DNA of 64,000 bases from Armatimonadota bacterium (GTDB taxonomy: Bacteria; Armatimonadota; HRBIN16). The notes beneath the pieces were generated by a model. The model ran no database searches and was not told the origin of the DNA. It worked only from the letters and a program-made list of their open reading frames with translations. Shown in pieces: positions 1-8,233 of this stretch. Both the position numbers and the translations under genes were made by a program. Every line of letters begins with the position of its first letter. The first letter of the stretch is position 1. The stretch spans positions 2,848,001 through 2,912,000 of the forward strand of contig OY781964.1 of assembly GCA_963677485.1 (NCBI GenBank). The letters run 5' to 3'.

Positions 1-253
1 CTGAGTAGTTACGGATGTTTATCATCCAACATATTCAGATTATGGTGACATTAAGATGCAAATGGCCCTCTATCCGAAAAGCGTCTACGACGTCAACCTC
101 CGCCTACGGCGGATAGGATAGAGGGTCGCACTACATTTTAGTGAAACCACCACTCATCATCTATTAATCCGGCATGTATTAGCTGATTCCAGTGTCGAAG
201 CCACCTGGGGTTCTGGTGTATGCGGCCTAACTGATCGTCGGCCAATCATTGCC

Positions 254-676
254 CTAGAATGGTCCGTACGACTTCCCATGACGTGCGTCTTTTAGCGAAA
301 CCAAGGGGAAGTTATTCTCAACAGTGATCGCGATCAGATCATTCCCTTTGGCATTCGACAGCCATATGCCCGCTCCGTCGTGTCCAGTCGCTGCCCCTTT
401 TCTCGGACTCCCGTTGGAGTCCATCAGTGACAGTCCTGGCTGTTTATTTGCTACTCCCAGAACGACCGCCGGTCGACCATTATCGTATTTTAGCATTAGG
501 CTACCCGATCCATTGGTAGTACCCAGGGTTGCGACTACCTTGTTTTGGCTTACTATATCAATCTGTTGAACCTTAAGCTGCCGTACAGGACGTTCCATGG
601 CTATCATGGCACCGACGTATCCGGCCAAGGCACCACAGATTAAAACTGCGGTATACATTTTTACTCGTTCATTCAT
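254..676 (-). CDS. Hypothetical protein with N-terminal membrane anchor
   Basis: ORF 254..730; likely start MNERV at 676 after a GGAG RBS; hydrophobic N-terminus followed by beta-rich Gly/Asn sequence; no family recognised. Confidence 0.5.
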   Translation of the reverse strand: MNERVKMYTAVLICGALAGYVGAMIAMERPVRQLKVQQIDIVSQNKVVATLGTTNGSGSLMLKYDNGRPAVVLGVANKQPGLSLMDSNGSPRKGAATGHDGAGIWLSNAKGNDLIAITVENNFPLVSLKDARHGKSYGPF

Positions 677-1099
677 CCGACTATCTCCTTGCATCACAGT
701 GACGATGGTGAAGATCAGACTGTGTATCAACCATGCGATTTGTGCTCATAACATGGTATTCAACGCATGGTTTACAGAATCCTTCTTTCAAATACGCGAA
801 TTTGAATATGACGCATCACTCACGGATAATGAGTCCGCTGTTAGCTCTAGATGAATGGCCAAAAATCATCAGTGGGAAACCACCGGAGATTGCTCCACAG
901 CTGGTGTGATATGGCGCGGTTGGTAGAAGTCGCGTCTTACCTTGCATTTACTCCGTGGGGAGGATGGAACGGACGTCATATCACAACCGCCAGCCCACCA
1001 TGCGCCAGCTCCCCTCCTGACTCCTCTTCTCCTCTCCTCCTATCTCCCGGTATACTATCCTTAAGCGTTCGCCATTCCACCCAATAAGGAGCTCACACT

Positions 1100-2122
1100 A
1101 TGCGGCAAGCGATCATGACTTCACCGGGAATCATCGAGTTTCGCGACGTCCCTACGCCTACACCTGGACCAGGGCAGGTGGCGATGCGCATCCAGCGGAT
1201 CGGCATCTGCGGCAGCGACATGCACGTCTACCACGGCACGCACCCCTTCACCAGCTACCCCATCGTGCAGGGCCATGAGTATAGCGCGGTGATTGAGGCC
1301 ATCGGCCCCGGCGTGACCGGCATCCACATCGGCCAGAAGGTCACCGCAACCCCGCAAGAGGTCTGCGGCCAATGCCGACCTTGCCTGCGCGGGCAGTATA
1401 ACGTCTGCGAAAAGCTGAAGGTTCGCGGTTTTCAGGCCCCCGGAGTGGCGCAGGATGTGTATGTGACCGATGCGGACAAGATCGTGCCGCTGCCGGGCAA
1501 CTTCACACTGGAGCAGGGCGCCTTCGTGGAGCCCGTAGCCGTAGCGGTTCACAGCACCGGCCGGGCAGGAAAAATCAAAGGTGAGAATGTGGTGGTGCTG
1601 GGCGCAGGGCCCATCGGCATCTTTGCGGCCCAGGCGTGCCGAGTCCGCGGTGCCAAGAAGGTGCTGATCGTCGACCTCAGCGACTACCGCCTCGACATCG
1701 CCAAGCAGGTGGGCATCGATGAGGTCAGCAACGCCTCGCGTGAGACGCTGCCCGAGGCCAGCCGCCGCGTGTTCGGTGACGAGGGCTTCGACCTGGCGAT
1801 GGAGGCCGCGGCTTCCGAGCAGAGCATGAACGCTGCGATTACCACCATCGGCAAAGGCGGCACGATCGTGGTTCTGGGCGTGTTCGGCAAGAAGCCAAGC
1901 ATCGATATGGCCAACATGGGTGAGCATGAGATCAGCCTGGTCGGCACGCTGATGTATCGCCATGAGGACTACGCAGAGGCGGTGCAGTGGATCGCGGACG
2001 GACGTATCAAAACCGCTCCGCTGGAGACCAAGCACTTCCCATTTGAGCAGTTCCTGGAGGCCTATCACTTCATCGAGCAATCCGCCGATAAGTCGATGAA
2101 GGTGTTCGTGGACCTCGTATGA
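1100..2122 (+). CDS. Zn-dependent alcohol/polyol dehydrogenase (MDR family, sorbitol/threonine dehydrogenase-like)
   Basis: GICGSD and GHE motifs, CxxCxxC structural Zn site, GAGPIG NAD-binding motif; AAGGAG RBS. Confidence 0.93.
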   Translation: MRQAIMTSPGIIEFRDVPTPTPGPGQVAMRIQRIGICGSDMHVYHGTHPFTSYPIVQGHEYSAVIEAIGPGVTGIHIGQKVTATPQEVCGQCRPCLRGQYNVCEKLKVRGFQAPGVAQDVYVTDADKIVPLPGNFTLEQGAFVEPVAVAVHSTGRAGKIKGENVVVLGAGPIGIFAAQACRVRGAKKVLIVDLSDYRLDIAKQVGIDEVSNASRETLPEASRRVFGDEGFDLAMEAAASEQSMNAAITTIGKGGTIVVLGVFGKKPSIDMANMGEHEISLVGTLMYRHEDYAEAVQWIADGRIKTAPLETKHFPFEQFLEAYHFIEQSADKSMKVFVDLV

Positions 2123-2985
2123 CAGAAGCCAAACCCATCGTGTGCGGCATCGGGGAGCTGCTCTGGGATGTGCTCCCCCAGGGGAAGGCTCTGGGCGGAG
2201 CCCCGGCCAACTTCGCATTCCACGCCTCCTGCCTAGGCGGCCAGAGCACCGTCATTAGCCGCGTCGGCTGTGATGAACTGGGCGACGCGGCCATACAGAT
2301 ACTGGCGGAAAACGGGCTCTCATCGGACTATGTGCAGCGTGACTCGGAGCACCCCACCGGCATCGCCGAAGCGCAGTTGGATGATGAGGGTGTGGCGCAA
2401 TTCGTCATCCATGAGGGGGTAGCGTGGGATTACATCTCATGCAGTCCGGAGGCTCTGAAGCTCGCAGAAAACTGCCAGATCGCCTGTTTCGGCAGCCTGG
2501 CACAGCGCAGTCCTGTCAGCCAAGCCAGTATCATGGCTTTCGTGGGGGCGATGCCGAAGGAGAGTATCCGCGTGTTCGATGTGAACCTCAGGCAGCACTA
2601 CTACAGTCGGGAGCTGATCGAGCAGTCGCTGAAGGTGGCCACGGTCTTCAAAATCAGCGATGCGGAGTTACTCACCGTCACCAGGCTACTGGGCTGGCCG
2701 GATGCCGAACCCGAGCCGCTGCTGAGGCGGTTCTGCGGTGAGTATGATCTGCAAATGTGCGCCTACACCCGAGGAGCGCACGGCAGCCTGCTGGTCACCG
2801 GTGATCAGACCGCGGAGCACCCGGGCTTGAAGGTCAAAGTGGTCGATACCGTCGGAGCCGGCGACGCCTTCACCGCGGCGATGAGCATGGCGTTGTGGCG
2901 GGGGGAATCCCTGGAGGCGATCAATGAAGCCGCGAACCAGCGCGGTGCGCTTGTTTGCGGGCAAAAAGGCGCGATGGGCGGGTGA
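2119..2985 (+). CDS. PfkB-family carbohydrate kinase (fructokinase-like)
   Basis: GELLWD, GGAPANFA and DTVGAGDAF signatures; ATGA overlap with the upstream dehydrogenase. Confidence 0.93.
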   Translation: MTEAKPIVCGIGELLWDVLPQGKALGGAPANFAFHASCLGGQSTVISRVGCDELGDAAIQILAENGLSSDYVQRDSEHPTGIAEAQLDDEGVAQFVIHEGVAWDYISCSPEALKLAENCQIACFGSLAQRSPVSQASIMAFVGAMPKESIRVFDVNLRQHYYSRELIEQSLKVATVFKISDAELLTVTRLLGWPDAEPEPLLRRFCGEYDLQMCAYTRGAHGSLLVTGDQTAEHPGLKVKVVDTVGAGDAFTAAMSMALWRGESLEAINEAANQRGALVCGQKGAMGG

Positions 2986-2995
2986 TTGTGGGGGT

Positions 2996-3216
2996 GGGAT
3001 ATGGCGTGCCGTGCCCACCATGATCATCGGACGGATCTGACGGATCGGTCCGATTAAACGTACTAGGGGCGGTTCGCGAACCGCCCTTGGGCGTGGGGAC
3101 CACGCCCCTATGATCGAATAAACGGTTGTGGGGCGGTAGGGGCGGGGTCACCTCGCCCAAAAAACATCGTTCGGCTGGGTTACCCCGCCCCAGGGCATGG
3201 CACGCCATGCCCCTAC
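2996..3216. repeat. Cluster of GTAG-type REP-like palindromes between convergent genes
   Basis: GGCGTGCCGTGCCC, GGGGCGGTTCGCGAACCGCCC and GTAGGGGCGGGGT...GGCATGGCACGCCATGCCCCTAC; the same motifs recur near 15.6, 21.7, 29.7 and 53.1 kb. Confidence 0.8.
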
Positions 3217-3234
3217 GTGCGTCCTATACCGTGC

Positions 3235-5439
3235 CTACACCACCTGCTGGGTGCGGTTGATGATCATATCCTGCCACTGCTTGTTCAACGTGGCGAAGCG
3301 GGCGCTCCATCCAGCCACACGAACCGCGAGGTTAGGGTACTTCTCCGGGTGTTTCTGAGCATCAAGCAGCACGGCGGAATCCACGACATCGATGTGCAGG
3401 AAGCAGCCACCCATCTTCTGGAAGCCCTTGAGCAAGCTGACCATGGTCTGAATGCCCTTCTCTCCCTTGACGCTGCTGGGCATGATCTTCAACTCAAATG
3501 CGCCGATGCCGGGCATGTTGGTGAAGTCCATCTTACAGTAGCTGCACAGAGCCGCGGTCGGCCCGTATTTGTCGGTGCCGGGCGATGGCGAGAAGTTGGT
3601 GGCCAGGATGTCGCCAGCATGATGCCCATCGGCTGTAGCTTTGCGGAGCGGGCTCCACTCGATCTCGCGACCAAAGGTGCTGATACCCGCCGGGCGGAAC
3701 ACGCCTTTACGGAACTTGGTCTCGGCGACCAAACCGGTGAAGCTGTTGTATACCCGCTGCGCCATGGCATCCGCCTCATCGTTGTCGTTGCCGTATGCGG
3801 GCACTCGGCTGGCGATCAGCCGTCGCAGGCTTTCGTTGTCGCGCCAGTCGTTGCGCATGGCGGTCACAATGTCATTCCAACTAATCAGCTTGGCATCATA
3901 AACGGCATGTTTGATGGCCATCAGGCTGTTGGCGGTGTCGGCCATCCCGCCGGCATGGCAGGCCAGTTGGCAATATTTCGATCCGCGGTCATTGTAATCG
4001 GCGGCTTTTTCGATACAGCCTTCGACGAACAGCGAGGGAACCGTGGCCGGTAAGCCGCCTATTTGCCAGGCATCCGCGATGTCGTGATGCCACTTCACGT
4101 GGGTAGCCAGACGCTGCTCGAATGCCGCATACAGGTTCTCGAAACTGGCATACTGCGGAATCAACGCGTTGGCGTTTGTGACGCCCATGGCGTCCTGAAG
4201 CAGTTGCAGGGTATCAAAAGGCACGTAGGTGAAGGCGGTCTTGCCCGGCACCAGCACCTCCCAGCAGCCATCATTGGTGAAGTTGCGCGCCTCTTCCAGC
4301 GGATATCCCAGCTTCGTCATCGCCTCAATCACCACCGGCTCGTTGTAGGTGGCGATGATCCCGCCGCCCAGTCGCTGCACCTGTGCGATGCGTTTCAAAA
4401 GCAACTCTGGCGATTTGGGGTTCAGACGCACCGCGATCGGGAAGTCGCTCATGCGAAGCTCTTCGACCACATCCAGCACGAGGTAGGTGACCGGGTTGGT
4501 GACCTCTACGCCTTTTTCGTCGATCCCACCCAATACGATGTTCTGGTAGAACTGCGCGTCACCGGAGCCGGGGCCGACAGGGCGCGTCCACTCCGCACCC
4601 ATTAGCCAGAAGTGCGCCACCAGCTCGCGGGCTTCAGCGATGGTGATCTTACCCGCATCGAGGTCTTTGGCAAGCAGGGGGCCCAGCATCTTATCGAACC
4701 GGCCGATACCGCTCCAGTTGCCGCACAAACGGGTCCATGCCCAGGTGAGATGCAGTGAGAGCACCGCCTCAAAGAAGTTACTGGGGGGCAGCTCGGGAAC
4801 GCGTTTCATCGCGGCCACGATCTGTGTTTCGCCGTTTTTGGCTGCCAACTCCATATTGCGTTTGTGCCAAGAACCGTAGGCGTCCAGGCAGATCCGCATC
4901 GACTCCAGGTAGTCGCGCTGTCTCTTGCTGAGGTCTGTGTCTTTCAGACGGGCTTCCAGCTTCGCGCGGATGGCGCTGTGACCGGATTTTAGGGCCTGTT
5001 CGTAGCCGAAAGTGGTGTGGCTGACGCTACTCTGGTTGTATAGAGGTACCGAATGCCCGGCGGCCTCCAGCACGGTGGCACTGCCAATCAGGCGCATACC
5101 GGGTTCATACCGGAGGGGGGCATTTTCGGAAATCAGCCGGATGCTGTGCGCATACTTCATGTATTCGCTCATACCGGTGACATCGACTTTATCTTCCAGC
5201 TTGAAGGGCAGAGGCTTCATCTCGCGGCCCCATTCGCCCATCACCGCCTTGGTGGCGAGACGGATGGTGTCATCGCAGAGGTGCATTTGGTGCGGCAGGG
5301 TGACCACAGGCGTGTTTGCCGACCCAGGAGCGAGTGTCTGTGCGGCACCCTTCTCCTTGACGTCAGCCACCGCAGCTGCGCCTAATATGCCTGTACCGAT
5401 AGCCGTCGCCCCAGAAAGTAGGAACTTGCGTCGATCCAT
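3235..5439 (-). CDS. Glycyl radical enzyme (PFL-like family) with a twin-arginine signal peptide
   Basis: C-terminal RVAGWS glycyl-radical motif; single-Cys loop DGCWE; start MDRRKFLLSG at 5439 after a GGAGG RBS. Confidence 0.9.
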   Translation of the reverse strand: MDRRKFLLSGATAIGTGILGAAAVADVKEKGAAQTLAPGSANTPVVTLPHQMHLCDDTIRLATKAVMGEWGREMKPLPFKLEDKVDVTGMSEYMKYAHSIRLISENAPLRYEPGMRLIGSATVLEAAGHSVPLYNQSSVSHTTFGYEQALKSGHSAIRAKLEARLKDTDLSKRQRDYLESMRICLDAYGSWHKRNMELAAKNGETQIVAAMKRVPELPPSNFFEAVLSLHLTWAWTRLCGNWSGIGRFDKMLGPLLAKDLDAGKITIAEARELVAHFWLMGAEWTRPVGPGSGDAQFYQNIVLGGIDEKGVEVTNPVTYLVLDVVEELRMSDFPIAVRLNPKSPELLLKRIAQVQRLGGGIIATYNEPVVIEAMTKLGYPLEEARNFTNDGCWEVLVPGKTAFTYVPFDTLQLLQDAMGVTNANALIPQYASFENLYAAFEQRLATHVKWHHDIADAWQIGGLPATVPSLFVEGCIEKAADYNDRGSKYCQLACHAGGMADTANSLMAIKHAVYDAKLISWNDIVTAMRNDWRDNESLRRLIASRVPAYGNDNDEADAMAQRVYNSFTGLVAETKFRKGVFRPAGISTFGREIEWSPLRKATADGHHAGDILATNFSPSPGTDKYGPTAALCSYCKMDFTNMPGIGAFELKIMPSSVKGEKGIQTMVSLLKGFQKMGGCFLHIDVVDSAVLLDAQKHPEKYPNLAVRVAGWSARFATLNKQWQDMIINRTQQVV

Positions 5440-5617
5440 CGTAGCCTCCCGTGTTTGTGTGCAAACAGGTGATTGATTACCTTGATTATACCCCATATTC
5501 GTAACTACTAAGCCCTAAATAGCAATGTCCGGGGCGGTCTGCCGGATAGCCGTACTGTCACACCTGGGCTGGCAGCTTATGAAAGGCCATCAGCCCACGC
5601 TGCCGCGGGTTTTACCA

Positions 5618-5847
5618 CCAGTCTATTACCCACAAGTCCAGATTGGGATCGTATCGACCATGTACCGCGACATAAATGTCTCGGCTATTGATCATCAAGC
5701 CCGCTAAACCGGGCTGCGGAGCTCCTTGCCGACAAAGATAACGTTAATTTAGACTGCTTCAGCAGTCTTGGTGTTCAATAGCCGAGACATTTATGTCGCG
5801 GAATCGGTGACCTACTGGCCATGCAATATTTGTGGGTAATAGACTGG
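5618..5847. mobile_element. MITE (family A) with terminal inverted repeats and target-site duplication
   Basis: Perfect 18-bp TIR CCAGTCTATTACCCACAA (5618-5635 / 5830-5847); flanking direct repeat GTTTTACCA (5609-5617 / 5848-5856); internal inverted pair CCGCGACATAAATGTCTCGGCTATTGA. Confidence 0.8.
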
Positions 5848-5926
5848 GTTTTACCACCCCGGAAACGTGCTTCCTTCACCGCGCGTCTGATGGGTGACAG
5901 CCAGCAGACGGGGGCCGGGCCTACCA

Positions 5927-6188
5927 ACGCCCGCCGGAACGCGGGCCGGTATTGATAAGCGATGGGTGACAGTGCCCGTACCGGGACGCAGTCACGGACG
6001 GGCCACGGAACCCGTCGCCAAAGGTCAGTGGTGCTGATTGTAGGCGACTAGCCACCGTGCCACGGGTTTAGTCACCCACACGACTACGTTCCGGGAGCTG
6101 GCGCTCCGGGAACTGCGTCAAGTGTGGGTTCCTGCACCGCGTGGCTGATCATTAGCGGCCGGCGTCGCTTCGCTCCGGCCGGCGCAGG
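5927..6188. repeat. ~260-bp structured dispersed repeat (family B)
   Basis: Closely related copy at 47952-48212 and a partial copy at 48229-48323; several hairpins. Confidence 0.85.
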
Positions 6189-6353
6189 AGAACGTCGCGA
6201 CGCATGCGGAATAATGAATGACTATCTCCAGAGCTGAGTAGTCACCCAAATACTATTAGTATAGTGGGTAAATGAACACAGGGTTTATGTGGCAGTTTGA
6301 CAGGGAATAGGACCGCTCTTGAGTTCAATGCAGCCCGTACTACTGATACGACC

Positions 6354-6437
6354 GTAGGGGCGTCCCTTGTGGGCGCCCAAAACGTTACTTTGTTGATAGT
6401 TAGTGTTCTTTAGGGCGCCCACAAGGGACGCCCCTAC
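6354..6437. repeat. REP doublet (REPIN-like); forms the 5' exon of the group II intron
   Basis: Perfect 25-bp inverted repeat GTAGGGGCGTCCCTTGTGGGCGCCC (6354-6378 / 6413-6437); the same arm occurs at 10888-10912. Confidence 0.9.
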
Positions 6438-7179
6438 GTGCGCCTGCAAGCGTACGCGAACAAAGAGGTGCAATTCCTCTTCGAGGCCACGCCAACTCTG
6501 GCCTTGTAGTCGGCAGTAACTGCGTCACCGCGAGGTGGGGTGGAGAGCAACTGTTGGCGAGTGACCAGTCCGTAGGATAACGAACCCGTTTCGGCCGCGT
6601 AGAACCAACGAGCCAGCGTAGGAATGGTGAAGTTTGTGCTGTGAAAACAGTGCCTGTTATGCTTGAGAGTGAGCGTATAGAGCAGTGATGGGGGTTGCGA
6701 GGTGCTTGGGGATGGAATGGTCACAAGAGGTCGCGTAAGAGAAGCAGGGAGATCTGCCTGCAGTAGTGGCGATAATAAGTTCGTTGCAGGCAGAAGTCAG
6801 AGCGCCCATAGTAGCGTTGAAGCGTCTGTAATGGATGTGGAGCCAAGGGAGCGCAGGAAGGTAGATCCGTGAAGTCTCAGCCACCGAATATAGCTCCGCG
6901 CGAGAAGTGCCTAAAAAAAGGCTAAACAAGCGGAAACAACTAGCAGGCGACTGCTCAGCCATCGGTGGACTGGACAAATCGGATGTTGGTGCCCCATCAT
7001 ATGGGGGCAAAGAAGGCTGTCGCCTTCAATGCTGAGTATAGGTGTTTACACTACAAACATCCTGTGCAAAGAATCACCAATCCTCAAATGAGGTAACACT
7101 ACCAACTGGAGAGCCGTGTGCGGGAGAACCGCACGCACGGTTCGGAGGGAGGGGGAACGAAAGTTCTCCCTACCCCTAT
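6438..7179 (+). mobile_element. ORF-less group II intron (IIB-like ribozyme, 742 nt)
   Basis: 5' GTGCG; domain III-like AGTCAGAGCGCCCATAGTAGCGTTGAAG (~6795-6858); domain V GAGCCGTGTGCGGGAGAACCGCACGCACGGTTC (7111-7143); domain VI hairpin with bulged A7172, ending CCCCTAT; no RT ORF. Confidence 0.92.
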
Positions 7180-7239
7180 GACCAGTTACTTACAAGATCG
7201 GTCGGATCTGGCTGATCCGACCGATACACAGGTTGTGGC

Positions 7240-8229
7240 TTACTCTTGTTTTGGGGGACGAGTCATCAGTTCATATACAGCCTGATGGATGTTCATGCTG
7301 CCGTCCACCACATTGCGAACGACTTGGCATAACGGCATCTCGATGTCCAGTCTGGCGGCCAAATCACACACCGCATAACTGGTCGGGACACCCTCCGCAA
7401 CCTGGCGCAGTTCCTGAAGAGCTTGGTAGAGGTTCATCCCATCGGCCAGGAAATGACCGACGCGGTAGTTTCGGCTGAGCCGACTGCTGGCGGTGGCTAC
7501 CAAATCGCCCACTCCCGCCAGGCCGATGAAAGTGCGCTCCTGGGCTCCCAGCGCGATGCCCATACGGGTCATCTCAGCCAGGCCGCGGGTGATCAGCACC
7601 GCTTTGGTGTTATCACCGAAACCCAGACCGTCACTGATGCCGGCGGCGATGGCGAACACGTTCTTGATGGCACCGCTCAGCTCCACACCGATCACATCAG
7701 GATTAGTGTAGACCCGGAAGGTATCGTTCATCAGCATCTGCTGGGTCGCCTTCGCCGCCACCAGACTGCGGCTGGCTGCCACGGTGGCCGAAGGAGCTTC
7801 GCGGGCAAGCTCTAAAGCCAGGTTGGGGCCAGACAGCGCCACGATGGCACTGACGCTCTGACCTAACACCTCGGAGATCGCCTCCGAGGGGCGTTTACCC
7901 TCATCTGTCAGCCCTTTGGCGGCGCTGATGATGATGGGCTGATTTTTGAGGTGTGGCTTACAGTCATGCGCAACATCCGCGACGCCCACTACCGGCACCG
8001 CGAAGATAATCTGCTCGCAGTCGCTGACCGCTTCCGCGATGTCGGTCACCACATTGATGCACTCAGGGAATGCATAGCCGCCTAAGTAACGAGCGTTCTC
8101 ACGCTCCTTCTGAAGCGTGTCGGCATGTTCGGGGTTGCGGTCCCACAGGGTGACGGTCGTTCCCTTTTTTGCCAGATGTATGGCGAGGGCGGTGCCCCAT
8201 GAGCCCGCCCCCAAGATTCCGACATGCAT
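7240..8229 (-). CDS. gpsA: NAD(P)H-dependent glycerol-3-phosphate dehydrogenase
   Basis: GAGSWGTALA, SGPNLA, GAIKNVFAIAAG, GVGDL...SRNY and VAEG motifs. Confidence 0.97.
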   Translation of the reverse strand: MHVGILGAGSWGTALAIHLAKKGTTVTLWDRNPEHADTLQKERENARYLGGYAFPECINVVTDIAEAVSDCEQIIFAVPVVGVADVAHDCKPHLKNQPIIISAAKGLTDEGKRPSEAISEVLGQSVSAIVALSGPNLALELAREAPSATVAASRSLVAAKATQQMLMNDTFRVYTNPDVIGVELSGAIKNVFAIAAGISDGLGFGDNTKAVLITRGLAEMTRMGIALGAQERTFIGLAGVGDLVATASSRLSRNYRVGHFLADGMNLYQALQELRQVAEGVPTSYAVCDLAARLDIEMPLCQVVRNVVDGSMNIHQAVYELMTRPPKQE

Positions 8230-8233
8230 CGAC

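Noticed and set aside
64-127. Hairpin CCCTCTATCC...GGATAGAGGG as an integron attC site
   Set aside because: No RYYYAAC/GTTRRRY ends and no integrase; more likely a REP-like hairpin or terminator
1121-2218. Long antisense ORFs (also 3217-4053, 14159-15196, 17843-19087, 59119-60174 and others)
   Set aside because: Shadow frames of well-supported genes in GC-rich DNA, with no recognisable motifs
6285-7010. Short minus-strand ORFs as an intron-encoded protein
   Set aside because: They are antisense to the ribozyme and lack RT motifs such as YADD
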